Shown here: one piece after another, positions 39,379 to 49,952 of the stretch
Position numbering within the stretch: position 1 is the stretch's first letter
How the letters are laid out: the number at the start of each line of letters is the position of its first letter
NCBI GenBank assembly: GCA_963810935.1
Contig: CAWEPK010000008.1
Span: 192,001 to 256,000 of the forward strand
Direction: 5' to 3'
From: an uncultured delta proteobacterium
GTDB lineage: Bacteria > Desulfobacterota > Syntrophorhabdia > Syntrophorhabdales > WCHB1-27
DNA length: 64,000 nucleotides
Made by a program: the position numbers and the translations under genes
The notes under the pieces: generated by a model
Databases searched by the model: none
Told to the model about the DNA's origin: nothing
The model's input: the letters and a program-made list of their open reading frames with translations, nothing else

Positions 39379-42300
39379 CGACTTCACCTCTTGTAATGCT
39401 GACGCCCCCCCGGCCCCCTCTTGTAAACCGCCCTCTGAAGCCCCGCGCGCGGAGTGCCCTCAGCCTCAAGCGGAAACGGTCGAGGATGAGGTACATAGCC
39501 GGCGTCGTGTATAGCGTCAGCAACTGGCTGAAAATAAGTCCCCCCACGATCGATATGCCCAACGGGCGGCGCAACTCGGCCCCTACACCCGCCCCGACCG
39601 CAAGCGGCACAGCCCCAAGCAATGCGGCCATGGTCGTCATCATGATGGGCCTGAACCGCAAAAGGCACGCCTGGTAGATAGCGTCGATGGGCTCCATGCC
39701 CTGCCTGCGCTCCGCGTCTATGGCGAAGTCCACCATCATTATACCGTTCTTCTTAACGATGCCTATGAGCAGGATAATCCCTATGAAGGCGATGATCGTC
39801 AGGTCGGTCCTGAACACCAGCAGCGCGAGCATTGCGCCGACGCCGGCGGACGGCAGCGTGGACAGGATGGTGAGCGGGTGGACAAGGCTCTCGTAAAGGA
39901 TGCCGAGCACGATGTAGACGGTCACGAGTGCGGCCAGGATCAGTAAGGGTTCATTGGCCAGCGAGGCCTGGAACGCCTGGGCGGTGCCCATGAAGTTGCC
40001 CCTGACGCTCGCCGGTATGCCTACCTTGCGCGTGGCGTCCTCGATCTGCTGCACGGCCTCGCCCAGAGACTTACCCGGGGCGACGTTGAAGGAGATCGTT
40101 ACCGAGGGGTATTGTCCCTGGTGGTTGACTGCGAGCGACGTAGCGCGCCTCTCGAAATGCGTAAAAGCGGAAATAGGCACCATGTTTCCGGACGACCCGC
40201 GGACGTATATGTCGTGCAGCGTCTCGGGCCGCTGCCAATACTGGGGGCCGACCCCCATCACCACGTGGTACTGGTTGAGCTGCGTATACGTTATCGACAC
40301 CTGCCGCTGCCCGAACGCGTCATAGAGAACGTCGTCTATCGCCTGGGCCGTAATCCCCATCCTGGACGCGGTATCGCGGTCAATGACGAGGGTAGCCTCC
40401 AACCCCTTGTTCTGCTGGTCGCTGTTCACATCGACAAGGGCGGGCAGTGTCCGAATCCGCTGGTAGACCCTAGGCGCGTAGGAGACGAGGTCGCCGAGGT
40501 TGTCGCCCCATAGCGTGAACTGGTACATGGCGTTGCTCCGCCGGCCGCCGATTCGGAGGTCCTGGACGGGCACGAGATAGACGGGCGCCCCCGGTATCCG
40601 GGCGAGCTTCTTGCGCAGGCGGGCGATCACCGTCCCCACTGTCACTTTGCGCTGCGCAAAAGGCTTCAAGGTGATGAACATGTTAGCCGTGTTGGCGGCA
40701 GTACCGCCGCCTCCTCCACTGCCCGTATAGCCTCCGACCATATCGACTTCCGGGTCGGTGCGGATGATGTCCAGGACCTGCGTCAGTTTTCCTATCATCG
40801 ACTGGTATGATATATCCTGGTCCGCCTGAATGGTGCCGGAGATACGGCCGATGTCCTGCTCCGGGAAAAAGCCTTTCGGAAGCACGATGAAAAGAAAGAT
40901 GCTCGTGGCCACCGTCATGCCCATCACTATGAGCATCAGCCGGGCGTGGCCCAGCGCCCAGCGGAGGCTCACTTCGTACTTGCGGCGGAGCCAATTGAAG
41001 GTGTTTTCGCTTATCTCGTATGCGCGGCCGTGCCCGACGTCCTTACCGCTCCGGAGCACCGTGGCGCACATCATCGATGTGGTCGTCAGCGATACGGCCA
41101 TCGACACCAGAATTGCCGCCGAAAGCGTTACGGCAAACTCACGGAAGAGCCGGCCCACCATGCCGCCCATCATAAGGATGGGGATAAAGACCGCGACCAG
41201 CGAGAGGCTCATGGAGAGGACGGTGAACCCGATTTCCTTCGAGCCTATCAGCGCCGCCACCCTCGGCTTAACGCCCTGCTCGATGTGGCGAGTGACGTTC
41301 TCCAGCACGACGATGGCGTCGTCCACCACAAACCCGGTGGCTATGGTAAGGGCCATCAGAGACAGGTTATCGAGGTTATAGCCGAAAACGTACATGACGC
41401 CGAAGGTGCCGACGAGCGAAGCGGCGACTGCTACGGCAGGGATGATCGTCGAGCGCAGGTTGCGAAGGAAAACGAAGACGACTAAAATAACGAGGCCGAA
41501 GGAGATCAACAGGCTGATCTCCACGTCCCGCAGCGAGCCCCTGATCGGCGGGGTGCGGTCCTGAATTATGGAGAAATCGATCCCTCCCGGGAGAGAGGCC
41601 TGAAGCTGCGGCAGGATCGCTTTAACGCTGTCCACGGTGTCGATGATGTTCGCGTTCGGCTGGCGGAATATCACCACCATGACGGCGCGCTTGCCGTTGA
41701 CGAACCCGCCCGTCCTTACGTCCTCCACGGAATCCTGCACGGTGCCCACATCGGGCAGGCGCACCGCGGCCCCGGACCGGTACGCGACGATCACGGGCAT
41801 ATAATCGGCGGCCTTTGTAAGCTGGTCGTTTGTATGGATGTCCCAGGCTTGCTCCTTGTTCGATATCTGCCCCCTCGGCTGGTTGACGCTCGTCTGCTGC
41901 AAGACGCCGCGCACGTCGGCCAGCCCGATGCCGTACCGGTTCAGGGCGGTCGGGTTCAGGTCCACCCGCACGGCGGGCAGCGCGCCGCCGCCCACGAACA
42001 CCTGGCCCACGCCGGGCACCTGGGAAAGCTTCTGCATCATGATGCTGGAAGCCGCGTCGTACATCTTCGAGGCAGGGACATGGTCCGACGTAAGGGCCAC
42101 GATGAGTACGGGCGCGTCCGACGGGTTGACTTTACGGTACGTCGGCTGGCTCGGCAGGTTCGGCGGCAGGTAGCTCCTGGCCGCGTTGATCGCCGCCTGG
42201 ACGTCGCGGGCCGCGCCGTTTATATTCCGGTCGAGGTCGAATTGCAGCGTGATGCTCGTCGCCCCCCGGTTACTCACCGAAGTCATCTCCGTGACGCCCG

Positions 42301-42523
42301 CTATGCGGCCCAACTGGCGTTCCAGGGGGGTGGCCACCGATGTCGCCATCGTCTCCGGGTCCGCGCCGGGCAGCGTGGCCGCCACGAAGATTGTAGGGAA
42401 ATCGACCGCAGGCAGGGGAGAGACGGGCAGCATGTAGAAAGCCACGGCCCCGGCCAGGACAAGCCCTATGGTCAAAAGCGTAGTGGCAACGGGCCTTCCA
42501 ATAAAGGTAGAAGAGATGTTCAT
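39365..42523 (-). CDS. mdtC: Multidrug efflux RND subunit MdtC
   Basis: [51 protein letters not shown]. Confidence 0.88.
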   Translation of the reverse strand: MNISSTFIGRPVATTLLTIGLVLAGAVAFYMLPVSPLPAVDFPTIFVAATLPGADPETMATSVATPLERQLGRIAGVTEMTSVSNRGATSITLQFDLDRNINGAARDVQAAINAARSYLPPNLPSQPTYRKVNPSDAPVLIVALTSDHVPASKMYDAASSIMMQKLSQVPGVGQVFVGGGALPAVRVDLNPTALNRYGIGLADVRGVLQQTSVNQPRGQISNKEQAWDIHTNDQLTKAADYMPVIVAYRSGAAVRLPDVGTVQDSVEDVRTGGFVNGKRAVMVVIFRQPNANIIDTVDSVKAILPQLQASLPGGIDFSIIQDRTPPIRGSLRDVEISLLISFGLVILVVFVFLRNLRSTIIPAVAVAASLVGTFGVMYVFGYNLDNLSLMALTIATGFVVDDAIVVLENVTRHIEQGVKPRVAALIGSKEIGFTVLSMSLSLVAVFIPILMMGGMVGRLFREFAVTLSAAILVSMAVSLTTTSMMCATVLRSGKDVGHGRAYEISENTFNWLRRKYEVSLRWALGHARLMLIVMGMTVATSIFLFIVLPKGFFPEQDIGRISGTIQADQDISYQSMIGKLTQVLDIIRTDPEVDMVGGYTGSGGGGGTAANTANMFITLKPFAQRKVTVGTVIARLRKKLARIPGAPVYLVPVQDLRIGGRRSNAMYQFTLWGDNLGDLVSYAPRVYQRIRTLPALVDVNSDQQNKGLEATLVIDRDTASRMGITAQAIDDVLYDAFGQRQVSITYTQLNQYHVVMGVGPQYWQRPETLHDIYVRGSSGNMVPISAFTHFERRATSLAVNHQGQYPSVTISFNVAPGKSLGEAVQQIEDATRKVGIPASVRGNFMGTAQAFQASLANEPLLILAALVTVYIVLGILYESLVHPLTILSTLPSAGVGAMLALLVFRTDLTIIAFIGIILLIGIVKKNGIMMVDFAIDAERRQGMEPIDAIYQACLLRFRPIMMTTMAALLGAVPLAVGAGVGAELRRPLGISIVGGLIFSQLLTLYTTPAMYLILDRFRLRLRALRARGFRGRFTRGGRGGVSITRGEVDDTR

Positions 42524-42526
42524 GGC

Positions 42527-45500
42527 CTACCCGACATCTTCAGGATCGTTCTGCTCGCCTTCGATATCTTCCATACCGTTCTGCTCGCCGGCGCCGCCTC
42601 TCCTGAAGCGCCTGGCAAGCCGGTCGAACCATAGATAGATAACGGGTGTCGTGTAGAGGGTAAGGATCTGGCTGATGACGAGCCCGCCCACTATCGAGAT
42701 ACCGAGAGGATGGCGAAGCTCCGACCCGACGCCTCTGCCCACGGCCAGCGGCAGCGCGCCGAGGAGGGCAGCCATCGTCGTCATCATTATCGGCCGGAAG
42801 CGCAGGAGGCAGGCCTGGTAAATAGCATCATGCGGGCTTTTCTTTTGTTTTCGTTCCGCCTCAAGGGCAAAGTCCACCATCATGATGCCGTTCTTCTTCA
42901 CGATGCCTATAAGGAGGATGATGCCGATAAGCGCAATGACGCTGAAATCGGTGCGGCAGAGGAGGAGCGCAAAAATGGCGCCGACGCCCGCGGAAGGCAG
43001 CGTCGAAAGTATCGTGATCGGGTGAATGTAGCTCTCATACAGCACGCCGAGCACGATGTACACGGTCACGAGGGCCGCGAGTATCAGGATGGGCTCGTGC
43101 ACCAGGGACGAACGGAACGCCTGGGCCGTGCCCTGGAAGCTGCCGCTTATGCTTGGCGGTAGCTGCAACCGGGCAGCGGACGACTGTACGGCATCGACCG
43201 CGTTGCCGAGGGAGGAGCCGCGTTGGAGGTCGAAGGAGATCGTGACCGATGGGAACTGCCCCTGCCGGCTGATCAAAAGCGGCCCCGTCCCCACCGACGT
43301 CTGGGTCATGGCGGCGAGAGGCACCTCGGTCCCTCCGCTGCCCCTTATATAGATATTGCCCAGCTCGCCGGGGTTCGCCTTGTAGTCCGGTTTTACGCCC
43401 AGTATGACTCGGTACTGGTTGAGCTGCGTGAATATAGTGGAGACCATGCGCTGGCCGTATGCGTCGTAAAGCGTATTGTCGATAACCGATGGCATTATAC
43501 CGAGGCGCGACGCAGTGCTCCTGTCGATATCGACATTGAGCTGAAGCCCCTTATCCTGCTGGTCGCTGCTGACGTCTCTCAGCTCGGGCCGGCGGCGCAG
43601 GGCCTCGACGAGCTTCGGGGCGTATGTGTAAAGCTCCTTCGAGTCCGGGTCTTCCAGGGTGTATTGGAATTGCGTCCGGCTGACGCGCGCATCGACAGAG
43701 AGGTCCTGTGCCGGCTGCATATAAAGGGTAATGCCCTCGACCCTCTCAAGCTGCGGCTGGAGGCGCCGTATCACGTCCGTCGCGCTCACTTTCCGCACGT
43801 CCAGCGGCTTCAGGTTGATGAGTATCCTGCCCGTGTTGAGCGTCGGGTTCGTGCCGTCTACGCCGATGAACGACGAAAGGCTATCTACCGCAGGGTCCTG
43901 AAGGATAATGTGGCTGAGCGCCTGCTGGTACTTGGTCATCGCAGGGAACGATACGGTCTGGGAGGCCTCGGATATACCAGTTATAAGCCCGGTGTCCTCA
44001 ACGGGGAAAAAACCCTTCGGCACTAATATATACAAGACGATCGTAAGGACGAGGGTGCCGACCGCCACCACTAGCGTCGCCTGCTGGTGCTTGAGCACCC
44101 AGCTCAGCGTCCTGCCGTAGAAGGCGACCGTCCTGTCGAAGACTTCCCCTGACTTCCGGAAAAAGCGGCCCTGCTCCTTCTCCGGCGTATGCTTCAGCAG
44201 CCGCGCGCACATCATCGGGGTAAGGGTCAGGGAGACAACAGCGGAAATCAGGATCGTTACGCCCAGGGTAACGGCGAACTCGCGGAAGAGCCTGCCCACA
44301 ATGTCGCTCATGAAAAGCAGCGGGATAAGGACGGCGATCAGCGATACGGTCAGCGACAGGATCGTGAAGCCTATCTGCTTGGCCCCGAGCAGCGCCGCCT
44401 TGAGCGGCGTCTCGCCCTGCTCTATGTAGCGCGCGATGTTCTCGATCATGACGATGGCGTCATCCACGACAAAGCCCGTCGAGATGGTGAGGGCCATAAG
44501 CGAAAGGTTGTTGAGGCTGAACCCCAGAAGGTACATGACGCCGAACGAGCCGACGAGCGACAGCGGCACCGCGACGCTAGGTATGATCGTAGCGGACACG
44601 TTCCGCAGAAAGAGGAAAATCACCAGGACGACGAGGGCGACGGCAAGGAGAAGCTCGAACTGGACGTCCCTGACGGACGCGCGGATCGTAGTCGTCCTGT
44701 CGGTCAAAATCGAAACCTGTACGGACGAAGGCAGGGAGCTTCTAAGCTGCGGCAGCAGCGTCTTGATCCGGTCCACCACCTGTATGACGTTCGCGCCCGG
44801 CTGCCTCTGGATATTGAGAATGACCGCCGGCATCTCGTTCATCCATGCGGCCATCTGCACGTTCTCTGAGTCGTCCACCGCCTCGGCGACGTCGGAAAGC
44901 GTGACGGGAGCGCCGTTACGGTAGGTAATGATGAGCGGCTTGTATTCTTTGGCGGTGAACAACTGGTCGTTCGCCCCTATGATGTAAGACTGGCGCGGAC
45001 CGTCGAAGCTCCCTTTCGCCTGGTTCACGTTAGCGGCAGCCAGGGCGCTGCGCACGTCCTCCAAGGTCAGGTTGTAAGCGGCCAGGGCAGTCGGGTTGAC
45101 GTGGATGCGAACGGCCGGCCGCTGTCCACCGCTTATGCTGACGAGGCCGACGCCCGGCAACTGCGAGATCTTCTGCGCGAACCTCGTGTCGGCAAGGTCT
45201 TCGATCTGCGGAAGCGGCACGGTCTTCGACGTCAGGGCCAGTGTCAATATCGGTGCATCGGCGGGGTTTATCTTGCTGTAGACGGGCGGGACCGGCAAAT
45301 CGGACGGCAGGAAACTGTACGCCGCGTTAATGGCCGCCTGTACCTGCTGCTCGGCCACGTCGAGGGCCAGCTCGAGGGTGAACTGCAGCGTGACTATCGA
45401 GCTGCCCTGAGAGCTCGTAGAGGTCATCAGGGTGAGGCCCGGCATCTGGCCGAACTGCCGTTCCAGCGGGGCAGTCACGGACGACGCCATCACGTCGGGG

Positions 45501-45664
45501 CTTGCGCCGGGGTAGAACGTGCGCACCTGGATGGTGGGGTAATCGACCTGCGGAAGCGCCGATACGGGCAACTGATGATACGCGACCGCACCGGCGAGAA
45601 AAATTGCGACCATCAGCAGCGCAGTTGCTACCGGCCGGAGAATAAAAGGCCGGGAGAGGTTCAA
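42527..45664 (-). CDS. mdtB: Multidrug efflux RND subunit MdtB
   Basis: [44 protein letters not shown]. Confidence 0.92.
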   Translation of the reverse strand: MNLSRPFILRPVATALLMVAIFLAGAVAYHQLPVSALPQVDYPTIQVRTFYPGASPDVMASSVTAPLERQFGQMPGLTLMTSTSSQGSSIVTLQFTLELALDVAEQQVQAAINAAYSFLPSDLPVPPVYSKINPADAPILTLALTSKTVPLPQIEDLADTRFAQKISQLPGVGLVSISGGQRPAVRIHVNPTALAAYNLTLEDVRSALAAANVNQAKGSFDGPRQSYIIGANDQLFTAKEYKPLIITYRNGAPVTLSDVAEAVDDSENVQMAAWMNEMPAVILNIQRQPGANVIQVVDRIKTLLPQLRSSLPSSVQVSILTDRTTTIRASVRDVQFELLLAVALVVLVIFLFLRNVSATIIPSVAVPLSLVGSFGVMYLLGFSLNNLSLMALTISTGFVVDDAIVMIENIARYIEQGETPLKAALLGAKQIGFTILSLTVSLIAVLIPLLFMSDIVGRLFREFAVTLGVTILISAVVSLTLTPMMCARLLKHTPEKEQGRFFRKSGEVFDRTVAFYGRTLSWVLKHQQATLVVAVGTLVLTIVLYILVPKGFFPVEDTGLITGISEASQTVSFPAMTKYQQALSHIILQDPAVDSLSSFIGVDGTNPTLNTGRILINLKPLDVRKVSATDVIRRLQPQLERVEGITLYMQPAQDLSVDARVSRTQFQYTLEDPDSKELYTYAPKLVEALRRRPELRDVSSDQQDKGLQLNVDIDRSTASRLGIMPSVIDNTLYDAYGQRMVSTIFTQLNQYRVILGVKPDYKANPGELGNIYIRGSGGTEVPLAAMTQTSVGTGPLLISRQGQFPSVTISFDLQRGSSLGNAVDAVQSSAARLQLPPSISGSFQGTAQAFRSSLVHEPILILAALVTVYIVLGVLYESYIHPITILSTLPSAGVGAIFALLLCRTDFSVIALIGIILLIGIVKKNGIMMVDFALEAERKQKKSPHDAIYQACLLRFRPIMMTTMAALLGALPLAVGRGVGSELRHPLGISIVGGLVISQILTLYTTPVIYLWFDRLARRFRRGGAGEQNGMEDIEGEQNDPEDVG

Positions 45665-46866
45665 GGTGTGCTCCGACTCCCGCTGCTGCCGGCAGCCTGG
45701 CCTTTAAGGTCTATCTTCGAGCCATCCCGCAGCCTCTCCGCGCCGTCGACAACGACGAGCTCGCCGACCTTGAGCCCCTTTGATATCGCCGCCTCGCCGC
45801 CCTGTACCTCCATGATGGTAACCGGCCTTATCTCTACCGTACGGTCGGGTTTTGCCACGTATACGAATATGCCCTGCGAGCCCCTCTGGATAGCGGCCGA
45901 AGGCACGATGACAACGGACCGAAGCGTATCCACCAGGAGCTTGGCGTTGACGAACTGGTTGGGAAAGAGCGAGTTGTCTTTGTTGTCGAAGACCGCCTTG
46001 AGGCGCACTGTCCCTGTTGTCGGGTCAATCTGGTTGTCAACGGTCAGGAGGGTGCCGCTCGTTATCTTTTTCGACTGGGACCGGTCGTACGCGTCCACCG
46101 GCATCTTCTCGCCCGAATGGAGCTTCTTGAGCACGGGCGGGAGACTGTCCTCCGGCACCGGGAAGATAACGGTAATCGGCTGGAGCTGCGTAATCACGAG
46201 GAGCCCGCCCGCGTCGGTGGCGTGGACCATATTGCCCGGATCGACGAGCCTTAAGCCTACCCTGCCGTCGATGGGCGAGCAGATGCGGCTGTAAATAAGC
46301 TGGAGCTTCGCGTTATCGATCGCGGCCCTGTCGGTCTTGATCGCGCCTTCATACTGGCGCACAAGCTCCACCTGCGTATCGAGCTGCTGCTTGGGTATCG
46401 AGTCCTGTTTCCAGAGCGTATCGTAACGGTCGAGGTCCACCTTCGCGTTTCTCATGAGCGCCTCGTCACGCACAAGCTGGCCTTCCGCCTGGTCCAACTG
46501 CACCTGAAAGGGTCGAGGGTCGATTGTGGCAAGGAGGTCGCCCTTCTTGACTACCTGACCCTCCTTGAAGGAAACGTCCATGAGCTGGCCGTCCACACGG
46601 CTCTTGACGGTAACGGTATAAAGGGGCGTTACCGAGCCAAGCCCGTTGATGTATACGTTCATGTCGCCTTCCCGCGCAGCCGTCGCTGCTACGGGTAGGC
46701 CCCGCACCCCGGCGGCCGCTTGCGCGGCCCGCAACGCTCCCTGCTTGCTTTTAGCGACAATTGCATACGTCAGGATTACGGCGAGAATCACGGCCAGCGC
46801 CACGCATATGCGCCACACCCTCCTACGCCCGGTCCCCAGCACCTTTCTTTCGAATACCTCGTTCAC
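45661..46866 (-). CDS. mdtA: Multidrug efflux MFP MdtA
   Basis: [51 protein letters not shown]. Confidence 0.9.
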   Translation of the reverse strand: MNEVFERKVLGTGRRRVWRICVALAVILAVILTYAIVAKSKQGALRAAQAAAGVRGLPVAATAAREGDMNVYINGLGSVTPLYTVTVKSRVDGQLMDVSFKEGQVVKKGDLLATIDPRPFQVQLDQAEGQLVRDEALMRNAKVDLDRYDTLWKQDSIPKQQLDTQVELVRQYEGAIKTDRAAIDNAKLQLIYSRICSPIDGRVGLRLVDPGNMVHATDAGGLLVITQLQPITVIFPVPEDSLPPVLKKLHSGEKMPVDAYDRSQSKKITSGTLLTVDNQIDPTTGTVRLKAVFDNKDNSLFPNQFVNAKLLVDTLRSVVIVPSAAIQRGSQGIFVYVAKPDRTVEIRPVTIMEVQGGEAAISKGLKVGELVVVDGAERLRDGSKIDLKGQAAGSSGSRSTP

Positions 46867-47166
46867 ATGGTCCTCACAATCTTAAATCAGGGGGCGCGAA
46901 GCGCCCATTCCGATAGCAAATATACCACTTTTATCATAACCGGCACAACCCCGGCCGGCAGCCGGCTGCATACATGCCGCCGAAGGAATATGCCGCGCCT
47001 TCGCTACCCGTACCCCCCCTTAGCTATCGTAGCCGACCCTTGAAAGGTTACACGGGAGCTAAAAAATGAAGCAGGCCGGCAGACAAGGGGGGGAGGCGCT
47101 TTCATATGTCGCACAAAAGGCGGCATTACTTGCAAAGCTCGCTATGCGAAGCAGCAGAGATATAGC

Positions 47167-47194
47167 TGCCCGCAGGCTAAAGTCCCTGCGGGCA
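47167..47194. terminator. GC-rich hairpin downstream of the binding-protein gene
   Basis: TGCCCGCAGG-8 nt-CCTGCGGGCA perfect stem; no clear U tract. Confidence 0.5.
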
Positions 47195-47217
47195 ACCGTT
47201 CAGGCTTTTCTGCGCGG

Positions 47218-48438
47218 CTATTTCTTCCGGTCTTTGAGTACCTCTTCGCAGCTCGACATGTAATCCTTTGCGGGGATCACCTGGTTTTCGGCCGAGATGA
47301 GGAAATCGGGGTACTTGGGATCTTTCTTGGTAACGCCCCAGTACATAGGCAGCTCAAGCTGGTGGTCGCAGGCCCGCATCGTCAGGGGACCGACCGGGCT
47401 GTCGACCGTCATACCTTCGAGAGCCTTGACAAACCGCTCCGTGTCCACTTTTCCCGCCTTCTTGAACCCCTCCGCTATGAACTCCGCAGTCATGTATCCG
47501 TAAAGCGCGCCGATGCGCGGATACCTGCTGTAAGCCTTCTGGAAGTCTGAAGCGAAGGCCCTGTTGGCAGGCGTATCCGGGTAATAAAAAAGGTAGTTCG
47601 ACGTGCCGAAGGCGCCTTCGGGTGCATTCGGCCCCTGCGCCATGAGCGTGGAGTGCTCGTTGGCCGTATGCTGGTAGAAAGGCACCTTCTGGCTCAAGCC
47701 CGTTGCCTTGGCCGCCTTCTGGAAGTTCACCATGCCCGACCCGCCCGTCGCGACAATGAGGAAATCGGGTTTTGCGGCCATGATCTGCGTGATGTAAGGA
47801 GTAAAATCGGCCTCGCCGACCTTCCACCAGGACTGGCCCACGAGCTGTACGTTGGGCTTTAGCTTCTTCAGGTGGTTCCACACGCCGTCAGCGATAGCGT
47901 GGCCGTATTCATAGTCATCGCCCGCTATCCAGTACTTCACATACGGCTTCTTGGCAAGCATGAGGGCGGCGGCCTTCCCCGCCATCAGTGTGTTTTCGTT
48001 CATGTTGAAGACGTACCGGTGTCCCTTCTCGCCGATGATCTTATCGCTTTTCGCGAACGTAACGAAGAAGGGTACCTTCTCCTTCTTGGCGAAATCGGAG
48101 ACGGCAAGCGCCGTACCGCTGTTGATAGTGCCCATCAGTATGTCAACTTTCTCCTTCATCACGAGATCTTTCGCCATTGCGAGTCCGATGTCGGGCTTGA
48201 ATTTCTCATCGCGCGTCATGTACTCGATCTTCCTGCCCAACACCCCGCCTTTGGCGTTGATCTTTTCTACGGCCAGCTTGAAGCCGTCGAGGACATCCTG
48301 CGTGAAGCTCGTGGCCGGCCCGGAATACGTATCGACGATCCCGACCTTGATCGGCCCGGCCGCAAAGCAAAACGAAGCGGCAGAAAGAAGCCCGACCGAT
48401 AATCCAAGAACCAGTCCAACAACCATACTTTTTCGCAT
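47218..48438 (-). CDS. ABC transporter substrate-binding protein (Leu/Ile/Val/aromatic-binding family)
   Basis: Signal peptide; IKVGIV..SGP, INAKGGVLGRKI, DYEYGH, MRACDHQ. Confidence 0.88.
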   Translation of the reverse strand: MRKSMVVGLVLGLSVGLLSAASFCFAAGPIKVGIVDTYSGPATSFTQDVLDGFKLAVEKINAKGGVLGRKIEYMTRDEKFKPDIGLAMAKDLVMKEKVDILMGTINSGTALAVSDFAKKEKVPFFVTFAKSDKIIGEKGHRYVFNMNENTLMAGKAAALMLAKKPYVKYWIAGDDYEYGHAIADGVWNHLKKLKPNVQLVGQSWWKVGEADFTPYITQIMAAKPDFLIVATGGSGMVNFQKAAKATGLSQKVPFYQHTANEHSTLMAQGPNAPEGAFGTSNYLFYYPDTPANRAFASDFQKAYSRYPRIGALYGYMTAEFIAEGFKKAGKVDTERFVKALEGMTVDSPVGPLTMRACDHQLELPMYWGVTKKDPKYPDFLISAENQVIPAKDYMSSCEEVLKDRKK

Positions 48439-48482
48439 GATTTGCCCCTCTTCACTACGAATTCAGTTGCACCCCCGGCAAC

Positions 48483-48530
48483 TGTCTGTTATGTTTCGGA
48501 CATTCTATCGGATATATCTTTGCATGTCCA
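48483..48530 (-). promoter_or_regulatory. Putative sigma70 promoter with an inverted-repeat operator over the start site
   Basis: Minus-strand TGGACA-17 nt-TAGAAT (48530..48502) followed by TGTCCG-N8-CAGACA (48502..48483). Confidence 0.45.
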
Positions 48531-48683
48531 GAAAAGCCGGCTGCGTACCGCCATACCCATACTCCCAGAGGCCAACAGGTCCAAAGGCCGGAGCGATTTC
48601 ATAGGTCGAAAATCGCCCCGGCCCCATATAAGCCGGAAAAACGTCTTTGCCCAAAGCGGCGGGTATATGAACCCGCCGATCGC

Positions 48684-49907
48684 TTACTTGCCGGCGCGCT
48701 GCTTCATAATCTCATCACAGCCAGGCAAATAATCCTTGCCTGCCACTGTGAGAAAGTCCGACCCTATGAGGAACGGATAGGATTTCGTCTTCTTCGTCAC
48801 CCCGTAATACATCGGGAGGATCAACTGGTGGTCGCAGGCCCGCATCTGGATGTTCCCTATAGGGCTGTCAACGGTCAAACCTTCCATGGCGTCGATGAAC
48901 TTCTCGGTATCGACCTTGCCTGCCTTCTGGTACGCCTTTGCCATCAACTGGACGGCCACATAGCCGTAAAACGCCGTGGACCCGGGCTGTCTCTTGTAAA
49001 CCCTCATGAACTCATCGACGAAGGCCTTGTTGTCCGGGATATTCGGATAGTAGAAGTGATAGCTCGAGCTGCCCATCACGCCCTCGGGCGCATCCATGCC
49101 GAGCGGCCGCAGGGCAAGCAGGTCGGTAGCGTAGTGCTGGTATATGGGTATCTTCTTCTCCAGTCCCATGGCCTTGACGGCCTTCAGGAAGTTGACGATC
49201 CCCCCGCCGCCCGCCGCGCTGATGATACAGTCCGGCTTCGACTGCAAAGCGAGCGTCATGTAAGGGGCCAGGTCGGTCTCGCCGACCTTCCTCCAGGATT
49301 GTCCGAGGAGCTGCACTTGCGGCTTGAGCGTCTTGAGGTGGCTCCACAGGGCCTCTGCGCACGCATGGCCGAACTCGTAGTCCTCACCCATGATCCAGAA
49401 CTTCGTGTAGGGCTTCTTGGAGAGGGCGAGCGCCGCGGCCCTGCCGATCATGGCCGTGTTCTCGTTAGTGTTGAAGACGTAGCGGTTGCCTCTCTCGCCC
49501 GTGATCTTGTCGCTCTTCGCATCGGTTACGATGAAGGCTATCTTTTCCTTCTTCGCAAACTCGGACATGGCCAGGGCGCCGCCGGAGTTCGTCGATCCCA
49601 TGATGATATCGACCTTCTCCCGCATCACGAGGTCCTTGGTCATCTCGAGGGCGATATCAGGTTTGAACTTGTCGTCCCGCCTTATGATCTCGACCTTCCT
49701 GCCTAGTATCCCGCCCTTCGCGTTCACATGGGCGGCACCCAGCTTAATGCCGTCGAGCACGTCTTCCGTGTAGGTCGTCGCCGGCCCGGTGTACGTGTCC
49801 ACAACACCGACCTTGAACACGGCCTGCGCATGGACGGCCCCGGCACCCGTCAGAAAACAGGCAAAAACGAAGCATAAAGCCGCAATCAATGACATCACAG
49901 TTTTCAT
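48684..49907 (-). CDS. ABC transporter substrate-binding protein, paralog of the adjacent gene
   Basis: Shares DKFKPDI.L.M.KDLVM.EKVDI, KSDKI.GE, MRACDHQL with 47218..48438; GAGGAGG RBS. Confidence 0.88.
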   Translation of the reverse strand: MKTVMSLIAALCFVFACFLTGAGAVHAQAVFKVGVVDTYTGPATTYTEDVLDGIKLGAAHVNAKGGILGRKVEIIRRDDKFKPDIALEMTKDLVMREKVDIIMGSTNSGGALAMSEFAKKEKIAFIVTDAKSDKITGERGNRYVFNTNENTAMIGRAAALALSKKPYTKFWIMGEDYEFGHACAEALWSHLKTLKPQVQLLGQSWRKVGETDLAPYMTLALQSKPDCIISAAGGGGIVNFLKAVKAMGLEKKIPIYQHYATDLLALRPLGMDAPEGVMGSSSYHFYYPNIPDNKAFVDEFMRVYKRQPGSTAFYGYVAVQLMAKAYQKAGKVDTEKFIDAMEGLTVDSPIGNIQMRACDHQLILPMYYGVTKKTKSYPFLIGSDFLTVAGKDYLPGCDEIMKQRAGK

Positions 49908-49952
49908 ACAGCCTCCTCTTTCATTACCCCTTTTCAATACAAAAACATCACG

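Noticed and set aside
31687..46866. Two convergent RND systems as a resistance island
   Set aside because: Ordinary AcrAB-OprM-like and MdtABC-like operons with host-like composition and no mobility genes.
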